A stretch of DNA of 19,362 bases from Azolla caroliniana (Eukaryota > Plantae > Polypodiophyta), in NCBI GenBank assembly GCA_043228905.1, contig JBHGNT010000611.1:1-19362 (forward strand), read 5' to 3'. Below, piece by piece: positions 1 through 6,956 of the stretch. Both the position numbers and the translations under genes were made by a program. Every line of letters starts with the position of its first letter. Within the stretch, counting starts at the first letter, position 1. The notes below the pieces were generated by a model. It saw only the letters and a list, made by a program, of their open reading frames with translations. It ran no database searches and was not told where the DNA came from.

Positions 1-186
1 TTCACACGATGATGAAAATGGTAGATAGACATGGGAATTTCATGTGGAATCATGTTTGTAGTAGGAGTTACGATCAGCCACTACTATTGCGCACATCATG
101 GTACGGCGAGACACGGCATTGTATGAGGGTGGCTTCAATACAACATTGTGATGGCATCGACGTTTGACGAGTTTCGCGTTGCTCGT

Positions 187-254
187 GAGAGAGATAGCGA
201 TAGATGGATAGAGATAGATATAGGTAGGGTGGGAGTGGGTAGTGTGCGTGTGGG
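187..254 (+). repeat. Degenerate simple-sequence patch: (GA)n/(GATA)n followed by a GGG/GT-rich tract
   Basis: GAGAGAGATAGCGATAGATGGATAGAGATAGATATAGGTAGGGTGGGAGTGGGTAGTGTGCGTGTGGG. Present in each unit. Confidence 0.7.
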
Positions 255-283
255 CACGTTACCTAATCATGTGTGCGTGGAGT

Positions 284-428
284 TTCATTTTGCTTGTGCA
301 ATGAGCGAGCGAGGGCACGCGACCTGATCGTGCGTGCGTGCGTGCATGTTGTGCGCGAGCGTGGGAGAAATATGATTGAGAGGGTTATGAGAACGTCAAG
401 ACACCACACAGAGCACACCATTTACATT
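284..428 (-). terminator. Putative plant-type polyadenylation signals of copy 1 (repeated in each unit)
   Basis: Downstream of the TAA, the minus strand has a UG-rich far-upstream-element-like tract (TGTAAATGGTGTGCTCTGTGTGGTGTC, about 428-400) and an AATGAA near-upstream-element variant at 289-284. I saw no canonical AATAAA. Confidence 0.3.
329..348 (+). repeat. (CGTG)4 microsatellite ending in CATG
   Basis: CGTGCGTGCGTGCGTGCATG. Present in each unit, within the probable 3' UTR. Confidence 0.8.
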
Positions 429-473
429 TACGATGTTCAGAAAGTGTATAGTTGAAAAAGTTATGTACGTTCT

Positions 474-1511
474 TTAAAAGTGGCGAATACAAGCGCGTGG
501 GCGAAGATCACATTGTTGGAGAAGGCGAGAGGTTGCCACGCTTAGAAGTTGTTCCTCCTCACCGGCCTTGAAACGACGACGTTGTTCCTCATCTTGTCGT
601 CCGGTCATGCGATAACGGCGCTCGTCCTCCTCGCGCTCGCTACTGTCTCTCTCTCGCTCGGCATCCTCTTCCCATTGACGACGTTCCCTTGACACTTGGT
701 TATGGCGGTGACCATCATTGCGTGCCTCTTCTCCGCTAATGTATAAGGCCTCGCGGAGGCGGTTGCAACGCTCTTCTACGGGGATTTGTTCCACGTTCCT
801 GCAGCATCTTTCGGAGGGCCTTGCATATCGGCTGATTTCATCCCAAGAGGTGCGACGGCTTCGTCCACGTTCTTCCTTCTCATTACGTTCTTGTAGGTGG
901 CGGACCTGCCTATCGACGAAGTTTTGGCACTCTTGCCTCAACTCTCGGTCTCGTGGCTCATCGCGATCGCGGCCGCGACGATCCCGTTCCTCTTCGGACT
1001 CTCTCTTGTTGTCTCTGCGACGTCCTTCATCGAGGGATCCTTCACGACGTCGGTCGCGCCTCTCCTGCTCGACATCCTCCTCCCTGCGTCGATCGCGCCT
1101 CTCGTCACGTGACTCATCACGATCGCGACCGCGACGATCCCGTTCCTCTTCGGACTCTCTCTTGTTGTCTCCGTAGCGCCCCTCCTCGATGGACCCCTCG
1201 CGACGTCCCCCGCGCCTCTCCTCATCGAAATCCTCCTCCCTGCGTCGATCGCGCCTCTCCTCACGTGGCTCATCGCGATCGTGACTGCGACGATCCCGGT
1301 CCTCATCCGACTCTCTCTTGTTGTCTCTGTAGCGCCCCTCATCGATGGATCCCTCACGACGTCCGCTGCGCCTCTCCTCGTCGACATCCTCCTCCCTACG
1401 TCGATCGCGCCTCTCCTCTTCGCGATCCCGTCCTACAGATCTAGCATTGGCCGCGCCGCAGGCGGCTAGCATGATAACCGCCATGAGGAATATGATAGTG
1501 AGCTTCGCCAT
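474..1511 (-). CDS. Secreted Arg/Glu/Asp-rich 2S-albumin-like (prolamin superfamily) storage protein precursor, 345 aa, copy 1
   Basis: Longest ORF in the unit, intronless, good start context (GCA-ATG-GC). Hydrophobic signal peptide MAKLTIIFLMAVIMLAACGAANA|R resembles 2S albumin signal peptides. Cys skeleton C195..C236C237..C249..C334..C341 with albumin-like segments LRQECQNFV, ERCCRNVEQI, RCNRLREAL and LLQQCDLRPRAC. TATA and RY/ABRE elements lie upstream. Confidence 0.85.
   Translation of the reverse strand: MAKLTIIFLMAVIMLAACGAANARSVGRDREEERRDRRREEDVDEERRSGRREGSIDEGRYRDNKRESDEDRDRRSHDRDEPREERRDRRREEDFDEERRGGRREGSIEEGRYGDNKRESEEERDRRGRDRDESRDERRDRRREEDVEQERRDRRREGSLDEGRRRDNKRESEEERDRRGRDRDEPRDRELRQECQNFVDRQVRHLQERNEKEERGRSRRTSWDEISRYARPSERCCRNVEQIPVEERCNRLREALYISGEEARNDGHRHNQVSRERRQWEEDAERERDSSEREEDERRYRMTGRQDEEQRRRFKAGEEEQLLSVATSRLLQQCDLRPRACIRHF
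951..1418 (-). repeat. Intragenic coding tandem repeat, 3 x 156 bp (52 aa; residues 32-187)
   Basis: Units at 1263-1418, 1107-1262 and 951-1106 each encode approximately EERRDRRREEDxDEERRxxRREGSxxEGRxxDNKRESxExRDRRxxDRDExR. The same block is at 3112-3579, 5273-5740, 7434-7901, 9570-10037, 11731-12198, 13892-14359, 16053-16520 and 18214-18681. Confidence 0.95.
1443..1511 (-). other. Signal-peptide coding region (residues 1-23)
   Basis: Basic N-region (MAK), hydrophobic core (LTIIFLMAVIMLAA) and an A-N-A|R cleavage motif that fits the -3/-1 rule. Present in every copy. Confidence 0.85.
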
Positions 1512-1577
1512 TGCTTGTGTTCGGAACTACCCCGGTTCTCTCTCCGCCTATTTGAGTGTGTCATGGTTGATCCACCC

Positions 1578-1584
1578 TTATATA
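1578..1584 (-). promoter_or_regulatory. TATA box (TATATAA) of copy 1
   Basis: Minus strand reads GTGTATATAAGGG, 67-73 bp upstream of the ATG. An initiator-like CTCA (1556-1553) puts an A about 31 nt downstream of the first T. Confidence 0.75.
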
Positions 1585-1592
1585 CACAAGGC

Positions 1593-1615
1593 CATGCATG
1601 TCTAGTACATGCATG
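1593..1615. promoter_or_regulatory. Paired RY/Sph elements (CATGCATG x2), B3-domain ABI3/FUS3/LEC2-type sites
   Basis: Perfect CATGCATG at 1593-1600 and 1608-1615, immediately upstream of the TATA box. RY elements are established hallmarks of seed storage-protein promoters. Confidence 0.8.
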
Positions 1616-1622
1616 TCCCTTC

Positions 1623-1629
1623 CCACGTC
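1623..1629 (-). promoter_or_regulatory. ABRE/G-box-like element (GACGTGG)
   Basis: CCACGTC on the plus strand, 7 bp from the second RY box. RY next to a G-box is the typical storage-protein arrangement. Confidence 0.55.
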
Positions 1630-1704
1630 CATTCCTATAGACGTTAATGGCATGATCCATACTTGGGCCACGGAAGAGACCATTCACTTTTATCCACCCC
1701 CCTT

Positions 1705-1712
1705 TACGTGTC
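1705..1712 (+). promoter_or_regulatory. ABRE (TACGTGTC)
   Basis: Matches the ACGTG(G/T)C ABRE consensus, about 195 bp upstream of the ATG. Confidence 0.6.
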
Positions 1713-2036
1713 CAGGATCCTCCTGCTTCGACCTACCATATCACTAGCCCTATACTCACCTCCATCACACCAGGAGTGGGATTATGCACTTGGGCATTTC
1801 AAATCTACTAACCTATGGACGCTTCGTCCATATTGCAACGTAGACAGTATGTAACCTCATGATAGCCACCTACACATGTGATGCCATTGAGGTTGTAGAG
1901 TGCGTATGGGCCTCGTAAAACGAGGATAAGGTGGTGAGAAAAGGTTTTTAGGGTGTTGGTTCTCTCCACGAAAACGTTATCGGTGGTTGTGGCCACGAGG
2001 GGGTTTAGAATCCATTGCGACCAACATACGGACGAC

Positions 2037-2046
2037 GACACGCGTT
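2037..2046 (-). promoter_or_regulatory. CE3-like coupling element (AACGCGTGTC)
   Basis: Plus-strand GACACGCGTT. The reverse complement matches the CE3 ABA coupling element as I recall it from rice Osem and barley HVA1. It is distal, about 530 bp upstream of the ATG. Confidence 0.35.
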
Positions 2047-2634
2047 TTCATTGTGATTACAAGATCCGTCGTCGTTGTGGACGCTGCAACCACCGGAGGA
2101 ATATGAAGGTGGCACCATTCAAGGACAACATTTCTAGGTGAAACATGCGTGGGTTGGTTGGTTCACACGATGATGAAAATGGTAGATAGACATGGGAATT
2201 TCATGTGGAATCATGTTTGTAGTAGGAGTTACGATCAGCCACTACTATTGCGCACATCATGGTACGGCGAGACACGGCATTGTATGAGGGTGGCTTCAAT
2301 ACAACATTGTGATGGCATCGACGTTTGACGAGTTTCGCGTTGCTCGTGAGAGAGATAGCGATAGATGGATAGAGATAGATATAGGTAGGGTGGGAGTGGG
2401 TAGTGTGCGTGTGGGCACGTTACCTAATCATGTGTGCGTGGAGTTTCATTTTGCTTGTGCAATGAGCGAGCGAGGGCACGCGACCTGATCGTGCGTGCGT
2501 GCGTGCATGTTGTGCGCGAGCGTGGGAGAAATATGATTGAGAGGGTTATGAGAACGTCAAGACACCACACAGAGCACACCATTTACATTTACGATGTTCA
2601 GAAAGTGTATAGTTGAAAAAGTTATGTACGTTCT

Positions 2635-3672
2635 TTAAAAGTGGCGAATACAAGCGCGTGGGCGAAGATCACATTGTTGGAGAAGGCGAGAGGTTGCCAC
2701 GCTTAGAAGTTGTTCCTCCTCACCGGCCTTGAAACGACGACGTTGTTCCTCATCTTGTCGTCCGGTCATGCGATAACGGCGCTCGTCCTCCTCGCGCTCG
2801 CTACTGTCTCTCTCTCGCTCGGCATCCTCTTCCCATTGACGACGTTCCCTTGACACTTGGTTATGGCGGTGACCATCATTGCGTGCCTCTTCTCCGCTAA
2901 TGTATAAGGCCTCGCGGAGGCGGTTGCAACGCTCTTCTACGGGGATTTGTTCCACGTTCCTGCAGCATCTTTCGGAGGGCCTTGCATATCGGCTGATTTC
3001 ATCCCAAGAGGTGCGACGGCTTCGTCCACGTTCTTCCTTCTCATTACGTTCTTGTAGGTGGCGGACCTGCCTATCGACGAAGTTTTGGCACTCTTGCCTC
3101 AACTCTCGGTCTCGTGGCTCATCGCGATCGCGGCCGCGACGATCCCGTTCCTCTTCGGACTCTCTCTTGTTGTCTCTGCGACGTCCTTCATCGAGGGATC
3201 CTTCACGACGTCGGTCGCGCCTCTCCTGCTCGACATCCTCCTCCCTGCGTCGATCGCGCCTCTCGTCACGTGACTCATCACGATCGCGACCGCGACGATC
3301 CCGTTCCTCTTCGGACTCTCTCTTGTTGTCTCCGTAGCGCCCCTCCTCGATGGACCCCTCGCGACGTCCCCCGCGCCTCTCCTCATCGAAATCCTCCTCC
3401 CTGCGTCGATCGCGCCTCTCCTCACGTGGCTCATCGCGATCGTGACTGCGACGATCCCGGTCCTCATCCGACTCTCTCTTGTTGTCTCTGTAGCGCCCCT
3501 CATCGATGGATCCCTCACGACGTCCGCTGCGCCTCTCCTCGTCGACATCCTCCTCCCTACGTCGATCGCGCCTCTCCTCTTCGCGATCCCGTCCTACAGA
3601 TCTAGCATTGGCCGCGCCGCAGGCGGCTAGCATGATAACCGCCATGAGGAATATGATAGTGAGCTTCGCCAT
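2635..3672 (-). CDS. 2S-albumin-like Arg-rich storage protein precursor, copy 2
   Basis: Translation identical to copy 1. Confidence 0.85.
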   Translation of the reverse strand: MAKLTIIFLMAVIMLAACGAANARSVGRDREEERRDRRREEDVDEERRSGRREGSIDEGRYRDNKRESDEDRDRRSHDRDEPREERRDRRREEDFDEERRGGRREGSIEEGRYGDNKRESEEERDRRGRDRDESRDERRDRRREEDVEQERRDRRREGSLDEGRRRDNKRESEEERDRRGRDRDEPRDRELRQECQNFVDRQVRHLQERNEKEERGRSRRTSWDEISRYARPSERCCRNVEQIPVEERCNRLREALYISGEEARNDGHRHNQVSRERRQWEEDAERERDSSEREEDERRYRMTGRQDEEQRRRFKAGEEEQLLSVATSRLLQQCDLRPRACIRHF

Positions 3673-3738
3673 TGCTTGTGTTCGGAACTACCCCGGTTCT
3701 CTCTCCGCCTATTTGAGTGTGTCATGGTTGATCCACCC

Positions 3739-3873
3739 TTATATACACAAGGCCATGCATGTCTAGTACATGCATGTCCCTTCCCACGTCCATTCCTATA
3801 GACGTTAATGGCATGATCCATACTTGGGCCACGGAAGAGACCATTCACTTTTATCCACCCCCCTTTACGTGTC
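3739..3873 (-). promoter_or_regulatory. TATA + 2xRY + 2xABRE promoter module, copy 2
   Basis: Copy of 1578-1712. Confidence 0.7.
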
Positions 3874-4795
3874 CAGGATCCTCCTGCTTCGACCTACCAT
3901 ATCACTAGCCCTATACTCACCTCCATCACACCAGGAGTGGGATTATGCACTTGGGCATTTCAAATCTACTAACCTATGGACGCTTCGTCCATATTGCAAC
4001 GTAGACAGTATGTAACCTCATGATAGCCACCTACACATGTGATGCCATTGAGGTTGTAGAGTGCGTATGGGCCTCGTAAAACGAGGATAAGGTGGTGAGA
4101 AAAGGTTTTTAGGGTGTTGGTTCTCTCCACGAAAACGTTATCGGTGGTTGTGGCCACGAGGGGGTTTAGAATCCATTGCGACCAACATACGGACGACGAC
4201 ACGCGTTTTCATTGTGATTACAAGATCCGTCGTCGTTGTGGACGCTGCAACCACCGGAGGAATATGAAGGTGGCACCATTCAAGGACAACATTTCTAGGT
4301 GAAACATGCGTGGGTTGGTTGGTTCACACGATGATGAAAATGGTAGATAGACATGGGAATTTCATGTGGAATCATGTTTGTAGTAGGAGTTACGATCAGC
4401 CACTACTATTGCGCACATCATGGTACGGCGAGACACGGCATTGTATGAGGGTGGCTTCAATACAACATTGTGATGGCATCGACGTTTGACGAGTTTCGCG
4501 TTGCTCGTGAGAGAGATAGCGATAGATGGATAGAGATAGATATAGGTAGGGTGGGAGTGGGTAGTGTGCGTGTGGGCACGTTACCTAATCATGTGTGCGT
4601 GGAGTTTCATTTTGCTTGTGCAATGAGCGAGCGAGGGCACGCGACCTGATCGTGCGTGCGTGCGTGCATGTTGTGCGCGAGCGTGGGAGAAATATGATTG
4701 AGAGGGTTATGAGAACGTCAAGACACCACACAGAGCACACCATTTACATTTACGATGTTCAGAAAGTGTATAGTTGAAAAAGTTATGTACGTTCT

Positions 4796-5833
4796 TTAAA
4801 AGTGGCGAATACAAGCGCGTGGGCGAAGATCACATTGTTGGAGAAGGCGAGAGGTTGCCACGCTTAGAAGTTGTTCCTCCTCACCGGCCTTGAAACGACG
4901 ACGTTGTTCCTCATCTTGTCGTCCGGTCATGCGATAACGGCGCTCGTCCTCCTCGCGCTCGCTACTGTCTCTCTCTCGCTCGGCATCCTCTTCCCATTGA
5001 CGACGTTCCCTTGACACTTGGTTATGGCGGTGACCATCATTGCGTGCCTCTTCTCCGCTAATGTATAAGGCCTCGCGGAGGCGGTTGCAACGCTCTTCTA
5101 CGGGGATTTGTTCCACGTTCCTGCAGCATCTTTCGGAGGGCCTTGCATATCGGCTGATTTCATCCCAAGAGGTGCGACGGCTTCGTCCACGTTCTTCCTT
5201 CTCATTACGTTCTTGTAGGTGGCGGACCTGCCTATCGACGAAGTTTTGGCACTCTTGCCTCAACTCTCGGTCTCGTGGCTCATCGCGATCGCGGCCGCGA
5301 CGATCCCGTTCCTCTTCGGACTCTCTCTTGTTGTCTCTGCGACGTCCTTCATCGAGGGATCCTTCACGACGTCGGTCGCGCCTCTCCTGCTCGACATCCT
5401 CCTCCCTGCGTCGATCGCGCCTCTCGTCACGTGACTCATCACGATCGCGACCGCGACGATCCCGTTCCTCTTCGGACTCTCTCTTGTTGTCTCCGTAGCG
5501 CCCCTCCTCGATGGACCCCTCGCGACGTCCCCCGCGCCTCTCCTCATCGAAATCCTCCTCCCTGCGTCGATCGCGCCTCTCCTCACGTGGCTCATCGCGA
5601 TCGTGACTGCGACGATCCCGGTCCTCATCCGACTCTCTCTTGTTGTCTCTGTAGCGCCCCTCATCGATGGATCCCTCACGACGTCCGCTGCGCCTCTCCT
5701 CGTCGACATCCTCCTCCCTACGTCGATCGCGCCTCTCCTCTTCGCGATCCCGTCCTACAGATCTAGCATTGGCCGCGCCGCAGGCGGCTAGCATGATAAC
5801 CGCCATGAGGAATATGATAGTGAGCTTCGCCAT
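4796..5833 (-). CDS. 2S-albumin-like Arg-rich storage protein precursor, copy 3
   Basis: Translation identical to copy 1. Confidence 0.85.
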   Translation of the reverse strand: MAKLTIIFLMAVIMLAACGAANARSVGRDREEERRDRRREEDVDEERRSGRREGSIDEGRYRDNKRESDEDRDRRSHDRDEPREERRDRRREEDFDEERRGGRREGSIEEGRYGDNKRESEEERDRRGRDRDESRDERRDRRREEDVEQERRDRRREGSLDEGRRRDNKRESEEERDRRGRDRDEPRDRELRQECQNFVDRQVRHLQERNEKEERGRSRRTSWDEISRYARPSERCCRNVEQIPVEERCNRLREALYISGEEARNDGHRHNQVSRERRQWEEDAERERDSSEREEDERRYRMTGRQDEEQRRRFKAGEEEQLLSVATSRLLQQCDLRPRACIRHF

Positions 5834-5899
5834 TGCTTGTGTTCGGAACTACCCCGGTTCTCTCTCCGCCTATTTGAGTGTGTCATGGTTGATCCACCC

Positions 5900-6034
5900 T
5901 TATATACACAAGGCCATGCATGTCTAGTACATGCATGTCCCTTCCCACGTCCATTCCTATAGACGTTAATGGCATGATCCATACTTGGGCCACGGAAGAG
6001 ACCATTCACTTTTATCCACCCCCCTTTACGTGTC
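5900..6034 (-). promoter_or_regulatory. TATA + 2xRY + 2xABRE promoter module, copy 3
   Basis: Copy of 1578-1712. Confidence 0.7.
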
Positions 6035-6956
6035 CAGGATCCTCCTGCTTCGACCTACCATATCACTAGCCCTATACTCACCTCCATCACACCAGGAGTG
6101 GGATTATGCACTTGGGCATTTCAAATCTACTAACCTATGGACGCTTCGTCCATATTGCAACGTAGACAGTATGTAACCTCATGATAGCCACCTACACATG
6201 TGATGCCATTGAGGTTGTAGAGTGCGTATGGGCCTCGTAAAACGAGGATAAGGTGGTGAGAAAAGGTTTTTAGGGTGTTGGTTCTCTCCACGAAAACGTT
6301 ATCGGTGGTTGTGGCCACGAGGGGGTTTAGAATCCATTGCGACCAACATACGGACGACGACACGCGTTTTCATTGTGATTACAAGATCCGTCGTCGTTGT
6401 GGACGCTGCAACCACCGGAGGAATATGAAGGTGGCACCATTCAAGGACAACATTTCTAGGTGAAACATGCGTGGGTTGGTTGGTTCACACGATGATGAAA
6501 ATGGTAGATAGACATGGGAATTTCATGTGGAATCATGTTTGTAGTAGGAGTTACGATCAGCCACTACTATTGCGCACATCATGGTACGGCGAGACACGGC
6601 ATTGTATGAGGGTGGCTTCAATACAACATTGTGATGGCATCGACGTTTGACGAGTTTCGCGTTGCTCGTGAGAGAGATAGCGATAGATGGATAGAGATAG
6701 ATATAGGTAGGGTGGGAGTGGGTAGTGTGCGTGTGGGCACGTTACCTAATCATGTGTGCGTGGAGTTTCATTTTGCTTGTGCAATGAGCGAGCGAGGGCA
6801 CGCGACCTGATCGTGCGTGCGTGCGTGCATGTTGTGCGCGAGCGTGGGAGAAATATGATTGAGAGGGTTATGAGAACGTCAAGACACCACACAGAGCACA
6901 CCATTTACATTTACGATGTTCAGAAAGTGTATAGTTGAAAAAGTTATGTACGTTCT

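Noticed and set aside
474-929. Non-specific lipid transfer protein or vicilin-buried CxxxC hairpin peptide assignment
   Set aside because: No CxxxC pairs. The domain is highly charged with long linkers, and the retained Cys set is fully paired under 2S-albumin connectivity but not under nsLTP1 connectivity.
951-1418. Similarity to nuclear RD/RE-rich proteins (U1-70K, SR-related splicing factors, trichohyalin-like)
   Set aside because: Compositional resemblance only. There is no RRM, and the signal peptide plus Cys skeleton indicate a secretory-pathway protein.
718-1605. Overlapping plus-strand ORFs (152, 71, 163, 62 and 86 aa) and the alternative-frame minus ORF 938-1387, in every unit
   Set aside because: These are shadows of the GC-rich, low-complexity repeat CDS, which has few stops in other frames. 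The Ser/Arg-rich antisense product mirrors the Arg/Glu codons. Several lack a true ATG, and none has a promoter or recognisable domain.
2104-2137. Helitron-like 3' end: imperfect hairpin TGAAGGTG-G-CACCATTCA 12 nt upstream of CTAG, suggesting rolling-circle amplification of the unit
   Set aside because: The hairpin is weak and bulged. CTAG is followed by G, not by the T target or the TC 5' end expected at a head-to-tail Helitron junction, and no Rep/helicase sequence is present. Worth revisiting only if the real array boundary maps here.
1466-2141. Short spacer ORFs (73, 63, 77 and 62 aa) and the 60-aa ORF at 273-455
   Set aside because: Near the length threshold, mostly non-ATG starts, no motifs, and they overlap the promoter or 3' UTR. 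Their recurrence reflects only the DNA repeat.
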